Part shown: positions 1 through 10,400 of the stretch, piece by piece
How the letters are laid out: each line of letters begins with the position of its first letter
Numbering within the stretch: position 1 is the stretch's first letter
Assembly: GCF_000260965.1 (NCBI RefSeq)
Contig: NC_017856.1
Location: 1,620,001 to 1,652,000 of the forward strand
Origin: Methylophaga frappieri
Lineage (GTDB): Bacteria > Pseudomonadota > Gammaproteobacteria > Nitrosococcales > Methylophagaceae
Length of the DNA stretch: 32,000 nt
Reading direction: 5' to 3'
Notes under the pieces: generated by a model
The model's input: the letters and a program-made list of their open reading frames with translations, nothing else
Database searches by the model: none
What the model was told of the DNA's origin: nothing
Made by a program: the position numbers and the translations under genes

Positions 1-1801
1 AAACAATGTTTTTCCCCGGCGCTTTGGCAATTTGCAGACCGGTAGATTCGATATGTTTAAAGTCGGTTAATTGCAAGAAAACTGGTGCCCCGTAACGCGG
101 TAAAATACCGATCGCATCGACCGCATCCTGCAAGAACAGCATCGCATCTGGATCATCAATACTGGCATCGGGTGCAACCTCAGTGAAATAAATACGGGAC
201 AGCATTTCCCGCAACATTCCAAGGTAAGCAGGGGCGAGACTATCGCGTTCACTATCTGGCAGCTCATCATCAATAAAGCGTCTTACTTCATCAAAGCCAC
301 CACGCACAAACATGCTGAGCAGTGTTTCCAATGTCGACTGCAGGTTTTGCTCCAGTTCAGCATTGGCTGCAGGCAGCACAGACAAAGCATCACGCATCAT
401 CTCGCCAGCGATTCGGCTGGTAACCGATTCATTCCTCAGCGCTTGATTAAAAGCAATAAACCCTTCTAACTGCCCGTTTTCATCCGCTGGTAAATACAAG
501 TAGGCAAATTGCTCAGCAGGAGTGTTTCTGACACCACTCAGAAAAAAGTTACGTCCATCTCGTGGCACCGGGAACATATAGTTTTCAAACTCTTGGGCTT
601 CACCCGTTTCAGTTCGAATTTTAAAACCGATACTGGGACCAAAATTACGCAAATTATCCGAGTCTTCTTCTGTCGGATCCGGATTGATATTAAATGGCCG
701 AAAATTAATCATTTCCAACTTGAACAGCTGTTCACCAACCTGCATTTCGCTAGTTGAAAATACTTTGGTATCCAGTGATGCCGGGCCAGTAGTTGTGCTT
801 TGCCCTGACAAAGGCCAAGCTTTAATGCTTACATGAGATCCGCCATCACTGAAACTGGCCTGATAAATAGCATGTCCCTTATAAATCCAAGGATGATTGA
901 CCGCAATTGTCTGCTCTAACGGCGCCGCCAACTCCGGGTCATGAATACGTAAATCTGACTCAAAAGACTTCGGTTGGCCGTTTGGATAATGCTCGACCCG
1001 GAACTCCTCCACTTCAATGCGAAACGGTAAAGCCTGCAATAAATAGCCATCTCGCACGGGCAAGAAAACCACATCGGCTGACTTGCCTTCCGGAATACTG
1101 ACCGTGCCACGAAAAGCTTTATCGCCGACCGGCAGACGGCTTTGTGCCGGAATATCACGAATCGCCAAATCCCGGGTCTCAATTTGTATTTTGCCTTGTA
1201 ACTCAGCCAGTTTTAGCGATAAATTGCCGTCAATCAACCCGCCTAGGCAAATCACAACAATCGCGATGTGGGTAAACAAATACCCTAATCGATTCGCCCC
1301 ACCTCGCATTGCTGAAATTAATAAGCCGCCCTGCTTTTCAACCAGTCGGCTACGATAGCCTGTTTGCTTAATGACATCTCGAAGTGTGGTTGTGGTCGTT
1401 TCTAGTGGGGTACGCACTGACCACTGCGCATGATGCGGCATGAGCCGAAGAGACTTCTTTTGCACCTGGGTTCGCAACTGCCACATATCCCGAACCATTG
1501 ACGGGAAATGTCGAATAACACAGACGCCCGTTGAAATAACCAGCAATGTCAGTATTAAAAGAAACCAGCCGGCACTGTAAACATCATAAAGCCCCAACTG
1601 TTCAAAGACCTCAAACCAAAAGGGACCGAACTTGAGAACATAATCCGTGTAGGGCTGATTTTGTTGCAAGACCGTGCCGATGACAGAAGCAATCGCTAAC
1701 GTCAAAAGCAATGTAATGGCGAGGTCCATCGAACCAAGAAAAGCAAACAAACGCTTGCCAAATGGCACGTTTTTTAACCTAGAGGATTTTGGCTGCGACA
1801 T
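1..1801 (-). CDS. resB: Cytochrome c biogenesis protein ResB/Ccs1 (system II), first ~600 codons; C-terminus lies beyond the window start
   Basis: Absent from the ORF track because it has no stop in the window. The reverse-strand ATG at 1801..1799 translates to MSQPKSSRLKNVPFGKRLFAFLGSMDLAITLLLTLAIASVIGTVLQQNQPYTDYVLKFGPFWFEVFEQLGLYDVYSAGWFLLILTLLVIS..., a typical ResB N-terminus. I checked codons covering 2..301 by hand and found no in-frame stop. The small track ORFs at 67-1358 are in other frames. It lies 64 nt downstream of cytochrome c4 on the same strand. Confidence 0.85.
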   Translation of the reverse strand, partial: MSQPKSSRLKNVPFGKRLFAFLGSMDLAITLLLTLAIASVIGTVLQQNQPYTDYVLKFGPFWFEVFEQLGLYDVYSAGWFLLILTLLVISTGVCVIRHFPSMVRDMWQLRTQVQKKSLRLMPHHAQWSVRTPLETTTTTLRDVIKQTGYRSRLVEKQGGLLISAMRGGANRLGYLFTHIAIVVICLGGLIDGNLSLKLAELQGKIQIETRDLAIRDIPAQSRLPVGDKAFRGTVSIPEGKSADVVFLPVRDGYLLQALPFRIEVEEFRVEHYPNGQPKSFESDLRIHDPELAAPLEQTIAVNHPWIYKGHAIYQASFSDGGSHVSIKAWPLSGQSTTTGPASLDTKVFSTSEMQVGEQLFKLEMINFRPFNINPDPTEEDSDNLRNFGPSIGFKIRTETGEAQEFENYMFPVPRDGRNFFLSGVRNTPAEQFAYLYLPADENGQLEGFIAFNQALRNESVTSRIAGEMMRDALSVLPAANAELEQNLQSTLETLLSMFVRGGFDEVRRFIDDELPDSERDSLAPAYLGMLREMLSRIYFTEVAPDASIDDPDAMLFLQDAVDAIGILPRYGAPVFLQLTDFKHIESTGLQIAKAPGKNIV

Positions 1802-1865
1802 AGTAAACGCTTTGACGTTTGTGATGCCAACGCGATGTTGGCACCGTTGTCATCTCAAACCAGTC

Positions 1866-2474
1866 TCAGTGCAGACCGGAAACATATGCAGAGACCGCCT
1901 TGATTTCTGCTTCAGATAATCTGCCAGCAATATCCCGCATCATGCTATTCGGATCATTTGCACGGTTCCCTTTAGCGAATTGATGCAACTGTGTTTCGGT
2001 ATATTTGCTGTACTGAGATGACAACATCGGCCATTTAGCAGAGGGAATCCCTTTACCATTGGGTCCATGACATGCCATACAAGCAGGCACACCACTTTGC
2101 GCATTACCGCCTCGGTAAAGTTGTCTTCCCGCTTCAATCAAATCTTCCGCAACCGCGCCAGCAGCAACCTCCTGACTTGCAAAGTAGGCTGCCAAGTCAA
2201 GCATATCCTGCTCACTTAACCCTTGAGCGATGGGCGCCATAATGGCATTTTCTCGTGCGCCGCTTTTAAAGTCTGATAGCTGCTTGGCGATATAACCAGC
2301 GTTTTGTCCTGCTAACTTTGGAAAATCTGGTGAGGGGCTATTGCCATCCGCTGCATGACAAGCCGCACATGCTGCAGACTTTTGCTTACCGGCGCTGACA
2401 TCGCCAGCTGCAGCAAGCTGAGCCGAGTTAATTATTATAAGGCTCGAAATTACTGCCAAAACAAATTTTTTCAT
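1866..2474 (-). CDS. Periplasmic dihaem cytochrome c4
   Basis: 202 aa. Signal-like N-terminus MKKFVLAVISSLIIINSAQLAAA. Two CxxCH haem-binding motifs (CAACH, CMACH), one in each half of the protein, as in cytochrome c4. Confidence 0.85.
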   Translation of the reverse strand: MKKFVLAVISSLIIINSAQLAAAGDVSAGKQKSAACAACHAADGNSPSPDFPKLAGQNAGYIAKQLSDFKSGARENAIMAPIAQGLSEQDMLDLAAYFASQEVAAGAVAEDLIEAGRQLYRGGNAQSGVPACMACHGPNGKGIPSAKWPMLSSQYSKYTETQLHQFAKGNRANDPNSMMRDIAGRLSEAEIKAVSAYVSGLH

Positions 2475-2560
2475 GGTCGATTCCGATCACACACTCTCTG
2501 ATAATAAATTTTTCGATATGGTACGCTTTATCGGATTTTTTTGCACCTAGAAAGGTTCCC

Positions 2561-3181
2561 ATGTCAGAGGTTTATCGCCGGGCTCAATATACTGGCAGCG
2601 CCGCTCAATTAGACCAGCTTCCTGCCGACACCGGCATCGAAGTGGCGTTTGCTGGACGCTCAAACGCTGGCAAATCAAGTGCTATCAATACCATCACGCA
2701 AATCAATGGCTTAGCTCGAATCAGCAAAACCCCAGGGCGCACCCAAATGATTAATTTTTTTACGCTGGACGAGACGCGTGCCTTGGTCGATTTACCCGGC
2801 TACGGTTTTGCTAAAGTCCCGGAAAAAATGAAGCTGCAATGGCAAGCAACATTAGGTAAATATCTTGAGTCACGCCAAAGTCTGAAAGGACTTGTCCTCA
2901 TGATGGATTGTCGTCATCCCATGAAAGAGTTTGATTTACAAATTTTGCTGTGGGCGAAGGCGGCGGCCTTACCCCTGCATATTTTACTCACTAAATCCGA
3001 CAAGCTTAGCCGGGGCGCCGGTAATGGTGTCTTACAAAAAGTCCGCCAACAGTTACAACGCACCGATATTCCTGCAACAGTGCAGCTTTTTTCTTCATTG
3101 AACAAATCAGGGCGAGACCAGGCCATCAGTCAACTCGATGAATGGTTTAACCTCCCTGAGCAGCCGGCATCCGCCTCTTAG
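2561..3181 (+). CDS. engB: Ribosome-biogenesis GTPase EngB/YihA
   Basis: 206 aa. P-loop GRSNAGKSS, G3 DLPGYG, G4 TKSDK. Length and motif spacing are typical of EngB/YsxC. Divergent from cytochrome c4. Confidence 0.9.
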   Translation: MSEVYRRAQYTGSAAQLDQLPADTGIEVAFAGRSNAGKSSAINTITQINGLARISKTPGRTQMINFFTLDETRALVDLPGYGFAKVPEKMKLQWQATLGKYLESRQSLKGLVLMMDCRHPMKEFDLQILLWAKAAALPLHILLTKSDKLSRGAGNGVLQKVRQQLQRTDIPATVQLFSSLNKSGRDQAISQLDEWFNLPEQPASAS

Positions 3182-3469
3182 GTATTCAACCGGCAACGGA
3201 TTCTCAAAACGGCATGCGGGCTAACGCTAGCAGTTGATTATCTCTCATCTCCGCCGCTTTTGTGACCAAAAAGCCAACCCGCAGTGCTGAAACTATTTTT
3301 GTACCCGGCCGTGGTGTCAATCGCTTGCGTAAAGTGACTACGCCGTGTGCCTTTCACTTGGCTAAAGACAAAAATGGCGCTACGGTGGCGAATATTCAAA
3401 GATTAATAAATTACGCCATCTACACGGGCAAAAAACAGCGAAGCCGCTAGATTTTTTGACGGCATCGGG

Positions 3470-3478
3470 TGTTATACT
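3470..3478 (+). promoter_or_regulatory. Candidate extended -10 promoter (TGtTATACT) upstream of glgP
   Basis: TG at 3470-3471, one spacer nt, then TATACT at 3473-3478, about 120 nt upstream of the glgP ATG. There is no good -35 at 16-18 nt spacing; TTGACG at 3456-3461 is only 11 nt away. Motif match only. Confidence 0.3.
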
Positions 3479-3598
3479 CGAGTTCAGTCAATTCTGACGC
3501 CAAACAACCTAAACCGTGGGTAAAGATGCCCTCAAATGCAAGTCATTGTCAGGCCATTTTGCCCCCTGATCGTGCCGATTTTTAGCAAGGAATTGTTT

Positions 3599-6103
3599 AT
3601 GACTACACGTTACAGTTGCTCTGCCACGCCTGCCCCCGACCTTTACGATATTGAAGCGTTATCGCTCTCCGCATCAGCGCTGACTGATGATTTCAAGCGC
3701 TATTACGGTGTCCATTTGGCACAAGGTAAAGGCTGTGCTTCCGGCCACTACCTTTTCACAGCCTTGGCTTTGACCTTGCGAGATCGTCTGCTCGAGAGGA
3801 TGCGGGTAACGCAAGAAACGTATCGACAACAAAATTGTAAGCAAGCCTATTATCTGTCAATGGAGTTTCTCATGGGTCGCGCCTTAGGCAATGCGGCGTT
3901 GAATCTGGGGCTTGATGACGAATTAAAACAGCTGCTTAACGGACTGGGTTTGGAGTACGAAGATCTGGCAGAAATGGAGCATGATGCCGGTCTGGGCAAC
4001 GGCGGTTTGGGCAGGTTGGCAGCCTGCTTTATTGATAGTTGTGCCACACTGCAGCTACCCGTTACCGGTTATGGTTTGCGTTACGAATACGGCATGTTTC
4101 AGCAACGCATCGAAAATGGCTATCAGCAGGAAATGCCGGATCACTGGTTACGAGATGGGAATCCCTGGGAATTAGAACGACCAGAATATACCCGGCGCAT
4201 TAAATTTGGCGGGCATACAGAATACCATCGTTCTGCCAGTGGCTGGATGGAAGTGCAATGGGTTGCGACAAACGATGTATTAGCCGTGCCTTATGACCTC
4301 CCTATTCCAGGCTATCAAAATGGTACCGTCAATCGGCTCAGACTGTGGAAAGCAGCCGCAACGGATGAATTTAACCTAGAAGATTTCAACGCAGGCTCCT
4401 ACACCGATGCGGTTGCGGCCAAAAACGCGGCTGAAAACATCAGCATGGTGCTCTATCCGAACGATGCCAGTGAAAATGGTAAAGAGCTTCGTCTTCGACA
4501 ACAGTATTTTTTGGCTTCAGCCAGCTTGCAGGATATTTTGGCGCACTGGGTGAATCGGCATGGACAAGATTTTACCGGTTTTGCCGACAAGAATTGTTTT
4601 CAACTCAATGATACTCACCCTACAGTCGCCGTTGCAGAACTCATGCGTCTGCTACTTGATGAACACCAGATGAGTTGGGAAGCGGCCTGGCAAATCACGA
4701 CCCGCACCATGGCTTATACCAATCACACGCTCTTGCCAGAAGCACTGGAGCGTTGGCCGGTGAACCTGTTTGGGCGATTATTGCCGCGGATTCTGGAAAT
4801 CATTTACGAAATTAACGCGCGCTTTCTGCGTGAAGTTGCCAACCACTGGCCCGGCGATAAATCTCGTTTAAATGCGTTATCAATTATCGAAGAAGGCCAT
4901 CAACAACAAGTTCGGATGGCACATTTGGCCATTGTGGGCAGTTTTTCGGTCAACGGCGTCGCTGCGCTCCACTCAGAACTTCTGAAAAAAGGTCTGTTTC
5001 GTGATTTTTACGAACTCTGGCCTGAAAAATTTAACAATAAAACCAATGGCGTCACCCAGCGTCGCTGGATGGCTTGGTGTAATCCGGCGTTGACACAGCT
5101 GCTTTCAGATACCATCGGTGATGATTGGATAACCGACCTCAGCCAACTGAAAAAACTGGTTCCCTATGCAGATGACCCGATATTCCAGCAGAAATGGCAC
5201 GCTGCCAAACGCAATAATAAAGTTCGGCTTGCTGAACTGGTTGCGGACAATTGTGGCATTAAATTTCATCCTGACGCCATGTTCGATATTCAGGTCAAAC
5301 GCATTCATGAATATAAACGTCAGTTGCTCAATATTCTGCATGTCATCCATCTTTATGCCCGCATCAAAAATGGTGAAACTGAAGGCTTAGTTAAACGCTG
5401 TGTGCTGTTTGGCGGTAAGGCTGCACCCGGCTATGCTATGGCAAAACAAATTATTAAATTGATTAATAACGTTGCCAAAGTCATTAACAACGATCCGGCT
5501 GTTGGCGATTGGCTGAAAGTGGTGTTTTTACCGAACTATCAAGTGTCGGCGATGGAAGTCATTTGCCCGGCGGCGGATTTGTCTGAGCAAGTCTCAACCG
5601 CTGGCAAAGAAGCCTCGGGCACCGGTAATATGAAATTTATGATGAATGGCGCCATGACTATCGGCACATTGGATGGCGCGAATATTGAAATTCGAGAAGA
5701 AGCCGGCGAAGAAAACTTTTTCTTGTTTGGTCTGACAGAAGCCGAAGTTCACGATCGCAAAGGCCACTATAACCCACAGCAAATCATTGAGCAGGACGCA
5801 GATCTCAAACGAGTCATGCAATGGCTCAAATCAGGTTACTTTAATCCGCTCGAATCAGGGTGCTTTGACAATATTCTCGCAGCCTTAACCAGCCCCCAGG
5901 ACCCTTGGATGACCATCGCCGACTTCCGTAGCTACGTCAATGCTCAACATGAGGCTGGCTTGGCTTATCAGGATCAGTCTCGCTGGCTCAGAATGAGTAT
6001 TTTAAATTGTGCTCACAGCGGCAAGTTTTCTACGGATCGGACGATGCAGGATTATAACCAGGATATCTGGAAGCTGACGCCTATTGGATCACCCATAGAC
6101 TAA
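3599..6103 (+). CDS. glgP: Alpha-glucan (glycogen/maltodextrin) phosphorylase
   Basis: Track ORF 3536..6103. Hallmarks are EASGTGNMKFMMNGA (PLP-lysine motif), LNDTHP and YTNHTLLPEALE. I moved the start to ATG 3599 (MTTRYS...), which has AAGGA at 3587-3591, 7 nt upstream. The 21 upstream codons have no SD. Confidence 0.9.
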   Translation: MTTRYSCSATPAPDLYDIEALSLSASALTDDFKRYYGVHLAQGKGCASGHYLFTALALTLRDRLLERMRVTQETYRQQNCKQAYYLSMEFLMGRALGNAALNLGLDDELKQLLNGLGLEYEDLAEMEHDAGLGNGGLGRLAACFIDSCATLQLPVTGYGLRYEYGMFQQRIENGYQQEMPDHWLRDGNPWELERPEYTRRIKFGGHTEYHRSASGWMEVQWVATNDVLAVPYDLPIPGYQNGTVNRLRLWKAAATDEFNLEDFNAGSYTDAVAAKNAAENISMVLYPNDASENGKELRLRQQYFLASASLQDILAHWVNRHGQDFTGFADKNCFQLNDTHPTVAVAELMRLLLDEHQMSWEAAWQITTRTMAYTNHTLLPEALERWPVNLFGRLLPRILEIIYEINARFLREVANHWPGDKSRLNALSIIEEGHQQQVRMAHLAIVGSFSVNGVAALHSELLKKGLFRDFYELWPEKFNNKTNGVTQRRWMAWCNPALTQLLSDTIGDDWITDLSQLKKLVPYADDPIFQQKWHAAKRNNKVRLAELVADNCGIKFHPDAMFDIQVKRIHEYKRQLLNILHVIHLYARIKNGETEGLVKRCVLFGGKAAPGYAMAKQIIKLINNVAKVINNDPAVGDWLKVVFLPNYQVSAMEVICPAADLSEQVSTAGKEASGTGNMKFMMNGAMTIGTLDGANIEIREEAGEENFFLFGLTEAEVHDRKGHYNPQQIIEQDADLKRVMQWLKSGYFNPLESGCFDNILAALTSPQDPWMTIADFRSYVNAQHEAGLAYQDQSRWLRMSILNCAHSGKFSTDRTMQDYNQDIWKLTPIGSPID

Positions 6104-6139
6104 GCTGGCAAATCACATTTTCTGGTTAAGTTTTTTCTG

Positions 6140-6160
6140 GCCTGCCCTAGCCGGGCAGGC
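6140..6160 (+). other. GC-rich hairpin downstream of glgP (8-bp stem GCCTGCCC/GGGCAGGC, 5-nt loop)
   Basis: Perfect 8-bp inverted repeat 37 nt after the glgP stop. It is not followed by a T-tract, so it is not a canonical intrinsic terminator. Confidence 0.35.
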
Positions 6161-6170
6161 TCTGAAGCCG

Positions 6171-6176
6171 TATAAT
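6171..6176 (+). promoter_or_regulatory. Candidate -10 box (TATAAT) for tRNA-Arg
   Basis: Perfect TATAAT 45 nt upstream of the tRNA 5' end. No convincing -35 hexamer at 16-18 nt spacing. Confidence 0.3.
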
Positions 6177-6220
6177 GCATCGCCTTGTTAAGATGGGATT
6201 GTGTTCCATTCTCAAGTTAA

Positions 6221-6297
6221 GCGCCCGTAGCTCAGCTGGATAGAGTATCGGTTTCCGAAGCCGAGGGTCACAGGTTCAAGTCCTGTCGGGCGCGCCA
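6221..6297 (+). tRNA. tRNA-Arg (anticodon CCG)
   Basis: Hand-folded cloverleaf. Acceptor GCGCCCG/CGGGCGC, D-arm GCTC-AGCTGGATA-GAGT, anticodon stem TCGGT/GCCGA with loop TT-CCG-AA, variable GGGTC, T-arm ACAGG-TTCAAGT-CCTGT, discriminator G, encoded CCA. 77 nt, followed by a T-run. Confidence 0.9.
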
Positions 6298-6478
6298 TTT
6301 TTTTCTTCACTCCGCCAGCAACATCAATCGGTATTATTTTCCAGAAAAGTATTTGTTATTACTCCACAGAAACAACTCTGTTGTGGCGCTAAACACATCG
6401 GCAAGCAAACCGATCGCAGTGAACAATTTACTTGCCGTCTACCTTCTAATTGGATCCGTATCTGCGCGCTTTACCGTC

Positions 6479-6865
6479 TTAAAGCGAGCGCGGAATTTGT
6501 GATGAATGATGATGCAAAATTGGATTTGTTTTGGAAGTATCCATCACATAGCTAAAGCGAGCTTCAAAGTTAAGAACTTCGCCATCAACCGCAAAACGCC
6601 AGTTATAAATACCGCCCAAAACATACACCTCATTTTCCAATTCTTGAATGATCAATGTTTTGTCATGTAGCGCAATGCTTAACTCCGGACGGCTACCCAA
6701 CTTTTCGAAATAAGCACGCAGTTTTTCAGGTGTATTGGCCACACTGTTTGAAAAGGTTGGAATTAGTACCGCATTAGCGTCATATAGGGCGAGTAATCCT
6801 TCGACATCCGCTCCATTCACAGCCTGCATCCATTGATCCAAAATATCGCGTGGTGCTTTTTTCAT
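6479..6865 (-). CDS. NTF2-like / SnoaL-like small protein (DUF4440 or CaMKII-association-domain-like)
   Basis: 128 aa. The N-terminal pattern ...WMQAVNGADVEGLLALYDANAVLIPTFS... and the C-terminal ...ILHHHSSQIP resemble NTF2-fold families as I recall them. Family assignment is from memory, not from a search. Confidence 0.55.
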   Translation of the reverse strand: MKKAPRDILDQWMQAVNGADVEGLLALYDANAVLIPTFSNSVANTPEKLRAYFEKLGSRPELSIALHDKTLIIQELENEVYVLGGIYNWRFAVDGEVLNFEARFSYVMDTSKTNPILHHHSSQIPRSL

Positions 6866-7461
6866 TGTTTTTCCTTATTCAAATACACTTAAGTCGTCAT
6901 TAAATTAAATTTTCATATCTCTACTGACAGCAAGAGACTGAACGCTTCCACAGCATGCGAAAAAGCGCAACAGATAAACTTGCCTCAAGATTTTGCTCAG
7001 GTGATGTGACTATACGATGATAATTTTATCATTGCGTAGTGAGTTCATCGAGCAGATAACACAGACGCTTTATCAAAAATTGTCATGATGCCCTTTAATT
7101 TATCTTGCTTTGAGATGCCCCATTGGCTGAGCAGGTTAGATTGTTGTATAAAAATTCCTTAAATTTTGTGATCGTGCTGCCGATATTTATTTCTAAATTA
7201 ATTTATTTATTATCAATAAATTGCTACTTTATCTTGCGAACAAAATTGAACAACAAAGTAGTCAGCAACGAAAAACTTCGTTAAGCCGCTTGCACACCTC
7301 GGATACTTTGGCATAAAACTAAGTGATATTCGGCGAATTTTTAATGTAATTCAAAGGCTTTTATGAAGCTTATTTAATTGCATAGGCTTGATGTTAACGC
7401 TCACAATCAAACCAAGCACGTACCAAACAACAATCTGTAATTTTCATCATTAGGATTTGCC

Positions 7462-10400
7462 ATGCAGTGGCTGGAAACATTTTTTGTTACTGAGTCCGAC
7501 CAATTAGCCCAAATTAGTGGCGTGTATAACTACGATTTGGTCGTGCTTTCGATTATTGTCGCATCGGTCGCCTCATTTATCGCCTTGCATTTTGCATCGA
7601 TGAGCAGAGCTATTTTGGTCAGCAGTCATCGGCACCTGGCCATTATGATTGGTGCAGCCATCATGGCTGGCGGCGTATGGAGTATGCATTTCGTTGGTAT
7701 GCTGGCATACAACATGGGGTCACATGTCGGTTACGACACTACGCTCACTTTACTCTCCATCATCCCCGTTTTAGTAGCAGCCTATATCGCACTAAAGATG
7801 TTACAAAAATCTCATCTCACCCTGTGGCAACTTATTATCAGCAGTGTGTGTGTCGGTGCGGGGATCGGTATCATGCATTACACCGGTATGGCGGCAATGC
7901 AGATGCATGTTTCATTGCAATATGACCCTCTGCTATTTGGCACTTCGATAATTGTCGCCGTCATTTTGGCTTTTATTGCACTTTCGGCACGCTATTATCT
8001 CCGCCTCGTTTGGCAACACATCTCGATGACCAAAGTTAATGGTATTAGCGCGGTCATTATGGGGCTCGCTATTTCAGGCATGCATTACACCGGTATGGCT
8101 GCTGCACGATATGTTGTCACCGACGAGACAGTCGTGGCGCACGCGATGCAAAATGAACATTTGCAGTTATCGTACATCGTTGCATTTACCACTTTATTGA
8201 TTTCTATTCTGACGGCAGCGCTTGCTTCTCAGTTGCGTTATCGACAGTTGCTGATTGAAAAGACAGCGAATGAGCGGCGTTTACAAACAATGATGGAAAC
8301 GGCAGTCGATGGCATTTTAACGGTCGATGCCAATGGCATTATCCGGGATTTTAACCGTTCTGCTATCGAGATTTTTGGCTGGCAATCTGATGAAATCATT
8401 GGCCAACCATTTTTGAAATTAGTCCCTGATGATGCCCAAGCTGAATTTCATGATTATCTGACGAGTTTTCAGCAAACCAATACGACACAATTAAGCGGAC
8501 AAGCTCGAGAGACATTCGCTAAACACAAACAAGGCCATACTTTTCCGATACGGCTCGGCGTAGGTCATATCAATCTGTCAGAAGTGGGGTCTATGTTTGT
8601 TGGGTTTGTTACTGACATCTCTCAGCGATGGGCAATGGAAGAGCAGCTGCGTAAAAGTGAAGAAAAATTTAGTTCTCTTGTCAAAAACATTCCTGGCGCC
8701 AGTTTTCGTTGTTTGATCGATGCCAACTGGACAGCGATATTTGTTAGTGATGCCATTTATGATTTAACCGGTTGGCATCCTGATGATTTTTATAATAAAC
8801 GAATCGAACTTGCCGACGTCATTCATCCAGATGACGTGGCAAAAACGAATCAAGCCGTTCAAGTTGCTCTGGACACAAAATCCAATTACAGCATTGAGTT
8901 TCGCTATAACCACCGCGATGGCAGAACACTGTGGGTCTTGGAACATGGCTCCATTATCTGGGAAAACGAGGAACCGGTCTGGATAGATGGTTTGATCCTC
9001 GATATCACCGATCGGGTGGAAATGGAGGATAATCTTCGAAAAGCCAAGGTGAAAGCGGAAATTTCTGCAGAAAGTAAAGCCCAATTTCTCGCCAACATGA
9101 GCCATGAAATTCGCACACCAATGAATGCTATCATTGGGTTTACCAATGTATTGATTGATGCTGATGATATGCCAGAAGGCAATCGAGGGCATCTGCAGAC
9201 TATCAGCCAATCAGCCAGCTCTTTGTTGCATTTATTAAATGACATTTTGGATAGCGCCAAGCTTGAAAAAAACAAGCTTGAGTTAGATGAAACTACCTTT
9301 GATCTCACCCGTTTAGTCGATTCGGTTATCTCAACGCTATGGTTACAAGCAAAGCATAAAGGCTTGTATTTGAATTTTGAGCTCCCTGACAATATCCATA
9401 CAGCCTACCGTGGCGATGAAAACCGTCTCCGACAAGTACTGATTAATATCATTGGTAACGCGATCAAATTCACCGAGCAGGGTGGCGTCAACTTATCGGT
9501 TTCCATTAATGCACAACAACATATTTGTTTCAGCATTGAAGATACCGGTATTGGTATGGACTCAGCGACGCTGGATAAGGTTTTTGAACCATTCTCACAA
9601 GCGGACGCCTCCATGAGTCGTCGTTTTGGCGGCACCGGTCTAGGGACCACCATTTCAAAACAACTTGTAGAGCTAATGGGCGGGAAGTTACAGGCAAGCA
9701 GTGAACCGGGTATTGGAAGTCGTTTTTACTTCGCTTTGCCGCTCAAGAAAACTCAGTTAGATCCTGGTAAAGTTGCCGAAAACCAGCTCATTCATTTGTT
9801 ACCGAAAAGAGTTTTAATAGCGGACGATATTCAACAAAACCTGACTTTACTCACGCTCATTTTAGAACGTCAAAAACACATCGTTATTCAAGCAGAAAAT
9901 GGCGAGCAAGCGTTAGATATATTCAAAAAATCGCAACCAGATATTATTTTGATGGACTTGCAAATGCCGGTCATGGATGGCTTTACTGCCACCAAGATGA
10001 TTCGGATTTATGAGGCGGAAAATCAGCTTACGCCAACCCCTATTGTTGCTTTAACAGCAAGCGTTTTAAGCGAAGATAAAATTGAAGCAAAGCTAGCCGG
10101 CATGGATGGTTTTGCCCATAAACCAATTGATATACGTGCCCTCAATGTCGAAATGGCGCGTGTCTTGGGGCTTCTTGATGAAACAATAGAAACGGCTGAA
10201 GCACTGAACAAAAATAAAGTGACATCAACGCCGAACATTAACCTTGAGCACGGCACCGCTTTATGGGGCGATGAAGCAACGTATCTTCATGAAATAGGCC
10301 GTTTTTGGCAACAACACCATGATATTGTCGATACACTAACCACACTCTGTGAGACCAAAGACTGGTCTGCACTGCGGAGTACAGCGCATAAATTAAAAGG

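Noticed and set aside
509-1358. Several 64-91 aa ORFs on both strands in the first 1.4 kb.
   Set aside because: All lie inside, and out of frame with, the uninterrupted ResB reading frame on the minus strand.
1763-1779. TGGCAC-N5-TTAAC, superficially like a sigma-54 -24/-12 element.
   Set aside because: The -12 element lacks the conserved TTGC. The site is inside resB on the opposite strand, and no suitable downstream gene exists.
3262-3450. 62-aa ORF (+) between engB and glgP, very basic (K/R-rich).
   Set aside because: It has a GTG start with no Shine-Dalgarno and no recognisable family. Its composition looks like random translation of an intergenic region. The opposite strand is also closed by stops.
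3536-3598. 21-codon N-terminal extension of glgP in the ORF track.
   Set aside because: It has no SD, whereas the internal ATG 3599 has AAGGA 7 nt upstream. This is a start-site choice only, held with moderate certainty.
8764-9392. Two antisense ORFs (148 and 162 aa) inside the histidine-kinase gene.
   Set aside because: They are opposite the HisKA/PAS-coding region, which has unambiguous motifs. They have no motifs or start context of their own.
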